A stretch of DNA of 64,000 bases. Origin: Adineta vaga. Lineage: Eukaryota; Animalia; Rotifera. The notes beneath the pieces were generated by a model, which was not told where the DNA came from, made no database searches, and worked only from the letters and a program-made list of their open reading frames with translations. The translations under genes and the position numbers were made by a program. Below, one piece after another: positions 44,780 through 58,000 of the stretch (within the stretch, counting starts at the first letter, position 1; each line of letters starts with the position of its first letter). The stretch spans positions 18,166,001 to 18,230,000 of the forward strand of contig CP075492.1 in assembly GCA_021613535.1 (NCBI GenBank), given 5' to 3'.

Positions 44780-47071
44780 TTATATAGCAACAATTCCACC
44801 ATATGTAGTTAGAACAAAGACACTATTGTTATTTTGAGCAACAGCTAAGTGAACATGTGATAAATGTGTATAGTCAAGAAATGAAAAATGATCAATGTTC
44901 ACCGCAGGATATGAACTTTGAAATGCTGCATGATTAAAACCTTTTGTTTCTTTGGCCAATTGCTCGATATTTACACGATAAAATGAAATTGGGTTCTCTT
45001 CTGTAGTAGATTCTTCTAGTAGTTTAACACAATCATATAGAAGAGAATCAGAATCGATATTGGACGACATTTCATTAGATAAACGTTCAACAGTCAATTG
45101 ATGTGTATCAAAATCGAAAACTAAATGATTGTAATAACGAATCATATTGCGAATGCTACTAAGTCTACATTTATTAGTTCGATAACATTCACGAACTATA
45201 GCAATAAAATGATCTTTGGCAGATATCATTCGGAATAGGCCCGTACCCGCTGGACCTTGTTCAATCAAATGTTGATGATAACGAGTAACTGAATCTTCAT
45301 CGTTGCGCAGATCGCCGGTTGAATCAAAACTGTGATCAACAAGTTTATTCTTTCGATCAAGCAAAGCATGTTGTCGTTCATAAACTTCGATCATGTTGTC
45401 ATCGATCTTTTCATTACTTTTTTGGGATTCTTGACTGTCATCTAGTTCTTCCATTCCAAAGATATCGCTTGTCGTAGAATGTAAATCTCTTGTTTTAAAA
45501 TGAAAACGTGATAAAAGATCTTGTCCAATAAATTGTGATTGATGTCGATTGGTGACATAAACTCGATCAACACTATGATCAAGATCAATCATCGATTCAC
45601 GTTTGATTCGATCTTTCTGTTGAACACGATAAAGAGAACCATAACAATTTCTATTGTAAAATGCATCGGCTAGTACTCTTTCCATTTGAACTTCACATAC
45701 TTGTTGAGTATTTTCGTCATATCGAACAATATATGATGTGGAATCTTTTCCATGTCCTAATAAGAAGAAAGCATAAACAGCAGCGACTCGACAACATCCA
45801 TCAATGTGACCATAGAAGAAATCGGAATCATTAAAAGAAAATAATGTTCGACTACCATATTGTGTATTAATAGTTGGCAAATATTTCGGTCGAAATGGAT
45901 CAGTTATGAACTCTTTTGTTTTTTGACTATCCCAAACAATTTTTAATAATTGAAAATGTGGAAAAGCAAATATCAAATTTTGAAAATCTTTTTCATCGAA
46001 AAATTTCGAAATTTCAAGCCACAATTCTGTTGAAAGTCGATCCATTAATGATTTTTCTGAATCTTTATTTTCATTTGAGTATTTCAATTTCGATTGAAGT
46101 AAACGTGGATAACAATATCGAATGGATAATGAACGTTCATACAATTCTCCTACAGTAGAATCTTTTGTAGTAATGTCATCAGAATTTTCACTCATTTTCA
46201 TTAATTCCATCTGTTGTGCTTCACGGAAAAAGTTTAAACAAGCAAGATAATCTTCTTTCTCCTCGGAACAAATAGCAAATCCTATTGGTTTATCTTTTCG
46301 TTTAACTAATACATCTGTTCTTAATATTAAACGTTGATTTTGATGACGAGAATCTGAAATTTCTGGTGGCATAGCTTCATGTAAAAGATTATGTGTAAAA
46401 AGAATAGCAAAACCTTTCTTTGGTTTTACTACAACACATTCAAATCCTTCATCTAATCCATCATACGATTGAATTTCTTCTGCAATTGTTAATCCTTTGA
46501 TATTCGACTTTGGTAAATTTTTAGGAAAATAAAATTTTGTTTCACTATTCTCATAATTATCATTTAAATAGATAATTAAACTTAATAATGAACGTTCATC
46601 ACCACTAGGTGCATATTGAGCATCTTTATGTGGTGAAAAATGATCGCCATTTTTGTATTTATTCAATCGCATTGCTGGATTGACACCATTTATTTTCCAT
46701 TCACCTTGAACATTGAAACCTAATGGTGTTATATTTTGAATTAATTTTGTTAATTTATTACTAAATTTTAAACGTCGATAAAGTGTTCGTCCTAATCGAT
46801 CATCCATAACAATTAAACGTGAACTATTTCGTTTTTCATTATCATATTTATTTGACATATCTTCGAAATTTTTATCATTTATATTACTGATTATTTCATC
46901 ACATTCATCAGAAGTTAGTAATGTACCTAATTCAATTAAAATTAGATCATCTTGACATTTAATTCGATGTAATTTAATTCCATTGGGAATTTTTGTTGGT
47001 ACATTGTAATTTGATAATAATGAATGGACAATACGCAAATCTGTGCTACCAAGAAATCGTTGTCGATTCAT
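44780..47071 (-). CDS. 2OG-Fe(II) oxygenase (prolyl 4-hydroxylase-like) + F-box-like motif + unknown C-terminal domain, intronless
   Basis: LLTSDECDEII, MRLNKYKNGDHFSPHKD, LIIYLND, LFTHNLLHEA and ILRTDV, followed by MDRLSTELWLEISKFFDEKDFQNL. Confidence 0.85.
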   Translation of the reverse strand: MNRQRFLGSTDLRIVHSLLSNYNVPTKIPNGIKLHRIKCQDDLILIELGTLLTSDECDEIISNINDKNFEDMSNKYDNEKRNSSRLIVMDDRLGRTLYRRLKFSNKLTKLIQNITPLGFNVQGEWKINGVNPAMRLNKYKNGDHFSPHKDAQYAPSGDERSLLSLIIYLNDNYENSETKFYFPKNLPKSNIKGLTIAEEIQSYDGLDEGFECVVVKPKKGFAILFTHNLLHEAMPPEISDSRHQNQRLILRTDVLVKRKDKPIGFAICSEEKEDYLACLNFFREAQQMELMKMSENSDDITTKDSTVGELYERSLSIRYCYPRLLQSKLKYSNENKDSEKSLMDRLSTELWLEISKFFDEKDFQNLIFAFPHFQLLKIVWDSQKTKEFITDPFRPKYLPTINTQYGSRTLFSFNDSDFFYGHIDGCCRVAAVYAFFLLGHGKDSTSYIVRYDENTQQVCEVQMERVLADAFYNRNCYGSLYRVQQKDRIKRESMIDLDHSVDRVYVTNRHQSQFIGQDLLSRFHFKTRDLHSTTSDIFGMEELDDSQESQKSNEKIDDNMIEVYERQHALLDRKNKLVDHSFDSTGDLRNDEDSVTRYHQHLIEQGPAGTGLFRMISAKDHFIAIVRECYRTNKCRLSSIRNMIRYYNHLVFDFDTHQLTVERLSNEMSSNIDSDSLLYDCVKLLEESTTEENPISFYRVNIEQLAKETKGFNHAAFQSSYPAVNIDHFSFLDYTHLSHVHLAVAQNNNSVFVLTTYGGIVAI

Positions 47072-47598
47072 TACTTACAATTGTTATTGTTTGGGTCTAT
47101 ACGATGAAGTTCTTTTTGGCATTTTATAATGAAAAAACATGTCATTTCACAATAGAGATGTAATCAATGAAAATAAATAGATTTATATTCGTTTATTGTC
47201 ATTACACAACAACACAATAGATTAGATGTCAACGTAAATAATGGAAAAAACCAAGTATTCGATGTAAAGAAAGTGAGTGTGGGTGTGGGAGTCGGTATAG
47301 GTACTATATCCATCTAACACCCACCCTTCGGAATCACAGTCATCGATCAATTCGACACTCGTTTATTTTTTCTTTTTAATAATCAATAGATAGTATATTT
47401 GTGGTGGGTATGGGTGAGAGTGATTATACTGGTTCTACTCACACCCGCACCCAACATCTTGCTATGTATATTCAAAAGAAAGATTTGGAATGAATATTTT
47501 TCTAGTTTTTTATATGACAATTTATCACTGATGTAGATAATTATTTTCATAATTCAGCATATGAAAAGAGAAAAATGTGCATGAATAGATTTTCATCT

Positions 47599-50500
47599 TC
47601 AAAATTGTGACGAACATTGTTGTTGAATCCATTTAATAAATGATAATTTAAGAAAAGCTTGTTTATAAATTGATGATGAATAAATAAAAAATGGAAAAAA
47701 CGTAACTTGTGGAATATACGAAAAAAGATAACTAATTATAATTATATGTCGAAGCCAAATTTGATTCCATTGATTACAATTAACAACAAATCCAATAATA
47801 AGTTGTGGTAATGATGAAATAATCATTAATAATAATGAAAAACATTGTTCTTGAAATTTATTTATTTGTTTTGATATGGAAATAAAGAAAGTTTCCTTAT
47901 AACTTTTTGATTTACTTTTTGATACTAAATAAATAAGTTTAATAGTTGAATAACTATTAAGATAAAATGGAATTAAATGATGAATAAATGTAAATATTGT
48001 AGAAAATATTTTCCATAAACCATATGGTTCAGTAATACATTGATAAGATTTTATCTGATCATTTTTATTTAAAATTAATAAACGATGAAGTAATATTTCT
48101 GTTATTGTACTAATTGATACAATTATCATAAATATTATATAGAAAATAATCTATTCAAAATGAAAATAATCTTTAAAAAAGAGAAAATATTCGAATTACT
48201 TTTTGTTTTCGTTTAGATAATTGATCGGTTTTTATTGTTATTTGTTTCGATTGATGAAGACGAATTATATTTATGAATGCAGTTGACCATTTACTAATAT
48301 ATGTAAATATATTAATTATATAAGATATAGATTTACATAAAATATAATTTAAAGATATATTTGTTATTTGTGATAAATCATTCATATAAATATAAATAAT
48401 TTGAATCAAAAGACTAAAAAGTGTTAGTTGATTGCAAATACATGTAAAGATAAGAAGATAAATAAGAAATGTACGAATTATTGTTGAATGTAAAAGTGTT
48501 AAGATGGAAAATAAATTACTTATTAAACCAATAGAAAACATGAAAATTGATAAAATTAAATAAATTATTTTTGATATTGATGAAATATTTTCAATAATTT
48601 GATCATTGGAAATTAATAAAGTTTCAAGTGAATAACCAAATTGTGCTATTTTATATTGACATAATGATCCATAATAACATTGATGACATCGACATAAATA
48701 ATCATAACGATTTTCATGTTTATTTCGATAAATACATAAACCATCATTTAAACCTTAGAAAAATCGAGAAATAAATTTGAGAAAATTTTCTTCAAAAAAT
48801 ATTCTTACAAAAATGACATTGATCGTATTGAAAATCATATTTATAACAAGATGCTGATTGTCGTTGTAAATCACATAAACATAAATATGTTTGTTCATCA
48901 TAAAAACATAGAATATTTGAATTTTGACATGCTTGATGATATCGTTTTATGATTGGTATCAATTTTATATCAGAATTATAATCATTTTTATCTTTTGGAA
49001 TTAAATTATTAAATTCATGAGTATGACGACATCGATTTGTTTCATTAAATGTAACAATTTGATCTAAATTAATCAAATTTGTTCTTATCCATAAAAGATA
49101 AAGATTATAATTTCTCGAAGATTTATAAACTTTTAATAAAACAATCCGATGATCTAATTGATTTGAATGAAAATATTTTGAACTTATTGTTGAATTAAAC
49201 ATTGTAACTAAATATTGACGAAATATTGTTAATCTATCGGAATAAATTGATGACGATGACATTGTTAAAGTCATTGTTAATAAAGAAGATGATGTTAAGA
49301 TTTCTATTGCAGAATTTTTATATTCACAACTATAATCATAACAATTTCTTTTTTTTATAAAATATTTCTTTATTATAACTTACTGTTGTCCATAAAAATC
49401 GTTTGAACATAAACAAAATCCACGTATCATTTCATCATAATAACTATTTGTTGTTATAAGATATAAACTTCCATTATTTTTACAATTTCTTCCATATGAA
49501 AATCCTATATCAGCAATATGACATGTACGACCATAACGATCAATTGGACAAATACATAAAAAATCTTCGTATTGATTAATTCCATTATAAAATGTTGGTA
49601 AAATATAACTATTCTGAGAACAAGATACATTTGTATATTGTTCTGTACATTGTAATCCATACCAACCTGATTGACATTCACAATAAAATGATGTTTTATC
49701 AATTAAATGACAATTTTCACTATGAATTCCACAAGAATTTATCATTGAATTTGAACAGAATTTGGATTTTTTTGGATTTAATATAACAACAAGACGATAT
49801 GTTGGTAAAAATGGATATTTAATTGGATAATGATGAACACTAAATAATTTGACAATATTTCTTCCAATAGTATAAATATGAAACATAATTGTATAATCAT
49901 TTGATGATGATTGATGAATTGTTTCAAGTAATGACCAAGGATAATGAAGATAAAATCTTTGTTTTCTTTTTAATGGTAATTGTGTCCAATTAAATGATAA
50001 TTTCATATGATCAATTGTTTTATTTTGATATTGAAGAAGTGTTATTACTCTTATATTACTAAAATTATCTTTTAATGGATTAAGTATCATTTCAATTGTA
50101 TAAATTATAGTTATACGATGTAATTGATATTGACATTGTGAACCATAAGTACTTGATGGACATAAACAAATTATTTTTGATTGTCGAGCATGAAGATATC
50201 TTTCAATTGATATTCCACGATTACAAAACCAAACTTTATTACCAGCAGAAAAATCATAATGAGGTTCTTTTTCTGGACGTGGATTAATTGGTTTATTAAT
50301 ATTATAATTATTTAATAAATATTTTCTTTTATCAGTTATTTGAGAATGACATTTTTCTTCATCAGGATCAAAATTTGAACCAAAACATTCGGCTTTATCA
50401 TTACATCGCATATTTCTAGTTAAACATACTGGATTTCTATGACTTGTTGTACCTGATTTTCTATATAATGAACAATCAAATTTTCCTATTGGACAAATTC

Positions 50501-52845
50501 TTTCAGTTAATAAATTATCTTGATGACGACAATAACCATTTGATTCATCTTCACCATTCAAACAATGTTCAACTCCATCACCTTTTATAATACAAAAAAC
50601 GAATAAGAAAAGATTATTTTCTTTTCTTGAATAAAATAACTTACAAAGTAATTCTTGATTTAAACAAGGTCCATTTAAACAACGGAATCTTTGTCCAATT
50701 TGATAACCATCTTCACATGTTAATGAATTTCTTTCATCTTGACCACCTAAACAATCAATAATTCCATTTCCAATTAAATCCGGTATCGTTTTAATATTTT
50801 GACATGACCATTGAAATACTTTACTATATGAACAAAAGATTTCATCACTTCTATCAACAAAATCCCAAATATGATCACAATCACTTCGTGGTGAAATACA
50901 ATTTCCATTCCATAATAAAGAATCTTTTCGATTATATTCTAACCAATTTGGTAAACATTTCCATTTTGATATTGAACAATTCATTTCATCAATACCATAA
51001 GGTAAATCCCATGTTGAATCACAAAGTTCATGAAATTGTATTCTTAATTCTTTATGAATTAAATTCATATTATTTGCTTCTTTTAATAATTGACAACCAA
51101 TATCATTTATTTGTTCACATTGAATCATTTTCCATTCAATTTCTTTATAGATTTCATCTGAACCATCTGAACATTCTTCTTCTCCATTACCTAAACAAAA
51201 TTCTTTACTAATAAATTCTTCCATAATTATAACTTACCGATAAGATGAAACATAATCTTTTCTGGAACAGTTTTACATTGATATCGATCATTTAGAAAAT
51301 TTTCTTTATTTATTTGAATAGTTTCATCTGATCCATCCAAACAATCATTATAACCATCTAATAATCGATATTTTGAAATACATTCAATTGAATTTAAACA
51401 TTGATAAAACTCTTGAGGATATTCTTTACATAAATCTTTTTTTAATTTAATTTGAAATAAATTATCAAATGAAATTGAATTTAAATTCAATATATTCTGT
51501 CTTCTTATACATTTATTTGTTTCATTTACAAAACAAAATAAATCAGGAAAGAATAAACCATTATTAATCTGTTTACTGCTAATGTATGCATTGATAAATG
51601 GTGAAAAGAAATATGAATATGTATAAAATAATAAAGATTGATTGATTATTTTACATTTCTTTGATATATCATTTTTAATACTAAATAAATGACTTGAATC
51701 TTGTTTTCTTGATGCAATATAATGACGAATAACATCAATACATTCTGGATTTTGATCATGATTATTGTTCGATTGACAATAACCATTTTTTAAAGTTTTT
51801 CTTAGAACTTTTTGTTCACACATATAAAACATATCATTCCAATTTGAACATTTAATTGAATCTTGAAAACGATCACTCCATGTTATACATTGTCCATCAC
51901 CACATGAAAATTCATTTCGTGTACATAAATGGTCTTCACAATCAATCCATGGAGATTGATAACATAATTCTTGATTTAATTTTAATCGTTCATCACTTTC
52001 ATCTAAACAATCAAATTGACCATCAAATAAAAATTCTCGTGGAATACATAGACCATTTCGACAACGAAATTCGATTTGATTATTACATAAATTCATTTCT
52101 AAATTCATACATTGATTTTCATCATCACCATTAATACAATCAATTTCCCCATCACAAATATCACGCCAATCAAGACATCGTTTTCTTTTCAAACTATCAA
52201 GACATGTCGAAAGTAAATTGTAACATGATAGAAGACGATTTACAGGTGAAAATATTTGACGTGCTTTTCCGGTTATTGGAACAATATCACTAATATCAAA
52301 AATATCATCTATTATTATATTTGGTATTTTATATTCACAATATCTTCCAAATATTTCATCTGATTCACAAATACATATAAATAATTGATTAATAGAAATG
52401 AATTTATCTGTTAGATTTTTTCGATATGAAACATATTGTTGATATGTATCGATTAAATCCAGTGGAATATTCTTTTCAATTAACCAATTTTCATCTCGAT
52501 CTAAATAAAATAAATGAAGTTTTTCAATTCAAAAGTCAATTAAATCATACTTTCTCCATATAATTTTTCAAATGTTATCTTTTGTCTAATCATAGAAGAA
52601 CATTGTGTTCGTTTTTCATTGACTTCTTCTTCATAAGGTATTCGAATACATAAACGTACATAATCATCTATTTCATCTTTATTTATTGTAACACGTTCGA
52701 GATGTGTTTTTCGAATAAAAATACAATCACGATACATTGCATTTGATCGACGATTAAGTATAAATTCTAAATTATATGATGAAAGTTCATCTCTTTCACT
52801 TAAACTTATTTGGATAATTATAATAAAAATCATATTTGAAATCAT
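47599..52845 (-). CDS. LDLa-repeat + EGF-like + rhodopsin-type 7TM receptor, multi-exon
   Basis: CLDWRDICDGEIDCINGDDE and many other LDLa repeats, EGF motifs (CLCPSSTYGSQC, CECQSGWYGLQC) and C-terminal hydrophobic helices (IGLISNLFS, LCKSISY, HHLIPFYLN). Confidence 0.85.
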
Positions 52846-53607
52846 ATTGATTATGAGATTTAAAAAATATATTCTTTCATTTAAATAACTTTTACTAATA
52901 ACTATAAAATATGTTTTAATTGGATAGAATTACTTGTTTTTATTTATTGGAAAGTCAATATATTAAATCATGTCTCATTTTATATCACGTTATTCTTTTT
53001 CAAATAGAATTTTTATAATAAATGTCAAGCATCAATAATTCATACGATAATATCCCTGGAAAAAATAAGTTTGACTCTATAGTTTGATCAATTTGATGTT
53101 AAAATAAATTGAATACAATGGAAATACCATTATGTCTAGATACCTATACAGACTTTGCAAAACTTCACATTTTTTTTCCGACTTTTTTCCATTATTAAGT
53201 CTATGAGAACATATTCGACAGTCATTTCCGTATGTCTATCGAACAATAGAAAAAGTTTGACTATAAAAATGCCGTCGAACAACTTAAATGTTCTATTGAA
53301 AATATGGATTGCGTACAGTATTATTATTAACAAAATTATCGAAATTAACTATTATATAGCTACATTTAATATTCAATTTGGCGTATTCTAAGATACAAGT
53401 AACGCTCGTCGAGCCGACTCACTTAACCCTCGACTGTGGAGGACGGGTATTTTTAGCTTCTCCCAATACTGAGATGAACTGATCTAGAAACCTAATATAC
53501 AAGAAATTCACTCTCATGTTATTGTTTAAATATGTAATAACCTTCGAAAACAGAAAAATAAAGTTTCTTTTCATGAAATTCAATTCATCCGACTTGCCGC
53601 TTTATAG

Positions 53608-53850
53608 CCCATCCACATTTCACCCAATATCCAGGTCCATACACCCACCTATACTGTCAGCCAACACCTCCACCCACGCCCATACACCCATCCTCACCCG
53701 GCACACACACACCTAAGTCAAAACCCCTAACGATGGTTTCACCCAACACACAAGTCAATACCCACGCCCACGATTTCACCCAACATTCAACTGTATATCC
53801 CCACCCATGATTTCACCCATTACCCAACTCTATCCCCCACCCACACCCTT
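53608..53850. repeat. Degenerate strand-asymmetric CACCCA-rich tract
   Basis: More than 10 CACCCA/CCCAC variants, including repeated TTTCACCCA, in ~240 bp. Confidence 0.7.
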
Positions 53851-53999
53851 CTTCCAAGTAGGGTGGGTGTGGATCACAGTTTGCCGTGCATATGCGCAAA
53901 AGAGTGTCCACATTCGCTTCGCTGACTCTCGAAACTTCACCCACACCCACACTCTCAAGAAGAAATATAGATGTCTGTTTTAAATTTATACGAAGATCG

Positions 54000-54659
54000 T
54001 TAAACATAAACATTAAGATTAATATAATGTTTTTTCTTTTCATCATCATAATCAACTTTGTCAACTGTGAATTGAACAGCAGATTTTAACATTACTTCTT
54101 CTTCCTCTGGATACTGTGAATAATCACTAATGTCAATAGCTTTTTTTTCTCGTGAGTAGACTTTAATTAGTTTCATAATGAAAAGAGTATTAGTATCGAG
54201 ATCTTCAACCAATTTTCGACTTTTACTTGTTGAACTAAAGCCAGCCCATCGAAACGATGCACTACTTTTTGCAACCTTTTTGTATTCATCGATCATCGAT
54301 GGTAGTAAATTCATTCCACGATAAACTTCAATACTATGAACTTCAATTGACCATGGATGATTAAAATAAGAATATAAAAGACGAACAAATGATCCGTACG
54401 TTTCAATTTTTGTTCGATCTGCTTCACGTAAAAATTGGTTAAGTTGCTGATAGAGAAATGTGTGCATTGAATAGAGCCGTACGCATCCTTGACCGACTTC
54501 GCCAGAGGTCTCATCTATTAATGTACACAATTCCTTGATCAACATTTCAGATTCTGTTTGTTTTCCAAGGTTAATTCCTTCTTCTTCTAATTCTGCGACC
54601 AATGATTGAAGTTCAGCGTTAAGATCTAGCTCGATTATACCTTCATTAAAATCATACAT
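54000..54659 (-). CDS. R-S-E class ADP-ribosyltransferase domain (terminal exon)
   Basis: LYSMHTFLYQQLNQFLR, VYRG, FSSTS, DISDYSQYPEEEEVML. Preceded by a splice acceptor. Confidence 0.85.
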   Translation of the reverse strand: MYDFNEGIIELDLNAELQSLVAELEEEGINLGKQTESEMLIKELCTLIDETSGEVGQGCVRLYSMHTFLYQQLNQFLREADRTKIETYGSFVRLLYSYFNHPWSIEVHSIEVYRGMNLLPSMIDEYKKVAKSSASFRWAGFSSTSKSRKLVEDLDTNTLFIMKLIKVYSREKKAIDISDYSQYPEEEEVMLKSAVQFTVDKVDYDDEKKKHYINLNVYV

Positions 54660-55273
54660 CCGATAGCTATAAAAAAAAGGGCTGTTAGCGCAATCCCTAC
54701 GGAATTAAAATATGGAACTCACTTATTAATATAATTTAGAAGAGGATGTTACTATGAGTTTTAGAAATATATTTTTGCAGCGAATATGAAGGTGTCTGTA
54801 ACAGAGAGAGGAAGGGAGCCGCTAAACCTCAATTTAAAACTGACAATCACTATTTTTCTCGAAAATAGACGTAAGTTCCACAAAAGATATATTTACTTGT
54901 CTGTTTGTAATTGATGATTCTTATTCGTAAAACACTCTGCAACGATCAAAAGTGATTCTTTTGACTTTTCATTAAGAAATGTCTTGGCCTGTAATGGTTC
55001 AAAAACATTGAATCGAGCCAGTCGACCTATTTCTTTAGGTTGAATATTAATAGCGTCTTGTTGTAAAAGTTGATCTGGTGATGATGATATGCTTGTACTT
55101 GCTGGTGTCTCAGTTAGATTACTCAGCTTAAAATAAATCGAAAAAAATGAGAATTTAAAGATTTATAAACAAAACACACTCTGAGATAATAATAGAATCA
55201 AGTTTCCACTCGTAATCTAAATTTCTTGATTAGCACGCAAGACTTTATCCTTTTATAAAATTCATTTCCATCT

Positions 55274-55834
55274 TTAAATCAGAGAATAATTAAATGGACT
55301 TACTTCATTTATATCCTCCTGTGATTTAGTAGCATTATCGACTGTTATAGCATATTTTTGTGTCAATTCGCTTGCTATTCTATTATATTCATTGCAATTT
55401 ACTTGATATAAATAGGCCGCTTCTGGTTCAAGAAAATCATCAGTGTTTGGAACTGATAACAATACGACAATGGATAATAATATCTTTTCTATAGTAAGTG
55501 CCGGAGTATACGCTCGATATAAAATATCCAAACATATTTCTCCTTTTGAGCTTATATTTGGATGAAATATTTTTGTTTTAAATTCAATCTTTGGTGGGAC
55601 GAATGGATAACCCGAACGATTATCATCAACTTTCGGAAAATGAATATCGAGTATAAATACACCATTTTCATATGGTGTATTCGCCGGTCCTTGTATTTTA
55701 GCTTCCCAATGTTGTAATTCTGAACTTTCAGTAATAGGTACCAAGCTAAGAATTTCTTCTGATGGCTCGAACGCTTTCAATTCCTTTCGCATGCGTTGCA
55801 ATGATGCTGCTGTAAATTTTGAAGGTGTTTCCAT
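55274..55834 (-). CDS. Ubiquitin-conjugating enzyme E2 (UBC4/5-like) domain exon
   Basis: RMRKEL, GPANTPYENG, YPFVPPKIEFKTKIFHPNI and GEICLDIL (catalytic Cys). A GTAAGT donor lies near 55303. Confidence 0.9.
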   Translation of the reverse strand: METPSKFTAASLQRMRKELKAFEPSEEILSLVPITESSELQHWEAKIQGPANTPYENGVFILDIHFPKVDDNRSGYPFVPPKIEFKTKIFHPNISSKGEICLDILYRAYTPALTIEKILLSIVVLLSVPNTDDFLEPEAAYLYQVNCNEYNRIASELTQKYAITVDNATKSQEDINEVSPFNYSLI

Positions 55835-56699
55835 CTAAATAAAATAAGGGTGAGATTATGGTGAGAACTTGAGGGTGAGGGTGTAGGTGGATGTTGATAA
55901 ATAGAAATAAAGAGTCTCCATATAAGTAACCAGTTTTTCCTATCTACGGAATTTCATAATGAATATCAAGAAAGTGTTCGAATAATCGATTTTTTTCAAA
56001 GTTGGATAGAAAATCGGATAATATAACAGTCGAATAGTCGATCGGTTATCGGAAAATGTGGGTTCGATTCTTTCTCTGAACTTATGACCCTATTTGGTCA
56101 GTCTTTCATGTTGACTAAAGCGTATCCACTGCGGGTTACTGCAAAAAAAGAGTAGAGAATAATCAACGGTAAAATCGTTTTTTATGTCCTAATAAACGAA
56201 AAAAGAGTTTATGAATTTGCAACGTATAATAAACCTTTTTCGATCATGAAATACTTCAAAAATGAAAATAGAAGGGTTTATTATGCGTAGTATATTCATA
56301 AACCTTTAGTTTCTTTAGCGATATATCCCATATATTAATGTGAAGTCTGCCTCGCAAACAAGTGAAAGAAAAATTAGGAGGATGAGGGTCTGGGTTTGGA
56401 TCAGACTGTTGATATATATGATATACCCACCCCACACCCATAGATATAAGTCTTACGGAAACTGCAAACAATAAACTAAGAGAAGATATATTGGACAATG
56501 AAATATTTCTTACCTTCAAGAATATGACAGTGAAGAAAAAACTCAACGATAAGATTTTTTTAAACTTCACACAATCTATAACAGTTTTTCCTCTTTATTT
56601 ATTCTTCATACAGACAACAACTCGTATATGTGTTACATTATCTTCGTTTTATTTTTTTAAAACTTCTATCAGTCATTGTTAAATGAATACTTACTGTTA

Positions 56700-58000
56700 A
56701 ATAAAACATCCAGATAATAATGTTATACCAAAAATTTGGATAAAGAATTCAATGATTCCTTCATCATGGGCATTAGCGGAAAGATATTTATTCGATCAAT
56801 TAAATATAGCAGCATCTGAATTTATCGAGAATTTTATGCCAATTATGACTGGATGCATCATGGTGAGGGTTATTTATATTTGTATTTTCTTGGATTTGAT
56901 GCAAGTTCATCAACCAGCTTTCAATTTTGCTAAAATGTATATTGTAGAAGATGAACAAACAAAAAATTATGATAAACAATTGAAATTAATTCGTTCTCCA
57001 ATTCCAAGTAATAGAGAACCACGATTTGTATTTACTACGGAAGATTGGAGTATTCATCGTGATATTTTGGATGATTATTTAGCACCTTATGAAGATATTC
57101 CAGATGTTGATTTTATAGGTGGCAAATGTGCTTGGTTAAATGATGAAATATATACAAATATTATAAAATTAATGAATGAACGAATGACTCGAGGTGATAT
57201 GCCATTGAACCTTAATGCAACGTGTCTTGTTATTCAGGCATTTCTTTATTCAGGTGAAGAAAAATATCTTCATTACGGATATTAGAATATCTCAATACTT
57301 GGAAAGAAAGAACGAATGAAAATAATGGAATTATTCCAGATAATATTGGATTAACTAGTCCAATTGGTGAATATAATAATGGAAAATGGTGGGATGGATT
57401 ATCGTAAATCAGCATCGACATATCCACTTTATTTATGGACAATCTCAATGGCCGCCGAAGATTTAGATCGTATTGAACGTATTCCATTATATTGGGAATA
57501 TTCAAGCATAGTTTCAATATCTATGCGACTTAAATTCTGATTATTGACAACAAATATTAAATGCTAATTATCAATTAATTCAACAACAATTAAAACGAAA
57601 GCGCTCAGATCAAGAAAATCCTTTAAATTGGTTAAATCAATGTAATGAAAGTGATTCTTCTAGTATTCCTATTTGGCAAGCAATATACCCTATTTATATG
57701 GAAAGTCTTATTCAATTAACTTCAGATGGACCTATGCATATATCTCATGGTGGATTACAACATGCACGAGTTAAATATTACGATGTTGAAAAAAGAAGTG
57801 CTGGACTTTCACAATCAATTGCTCCACTTGTAAAAATTTGTTCATGCAATGAATATTAATTATTCAAGGTGGAACATTTGGAAAACATCAGTTTAATAAA
57901 GTTAATATCCTAAATGAAGTAACGGATGTCATTGAAACCACACTTGTTAATTATAAATAATTGGAAGTTATAATCCATATGCAAATTTACCCTTTTATGA
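56700..58000 (+). pseudogene. Decayed intronless gene resembling an uncharacterised bacterial/fungal protein family
   Basis: Protein-like fragments in shifting frames: RGDMPLNLNATCL, YLNTWKER..NNGIIPDNIG..GEYNNGKWW, HARVKYYD..GL, GGTFGKHQF. Many stops. Boundaries approximate. Confidence 0.6.
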
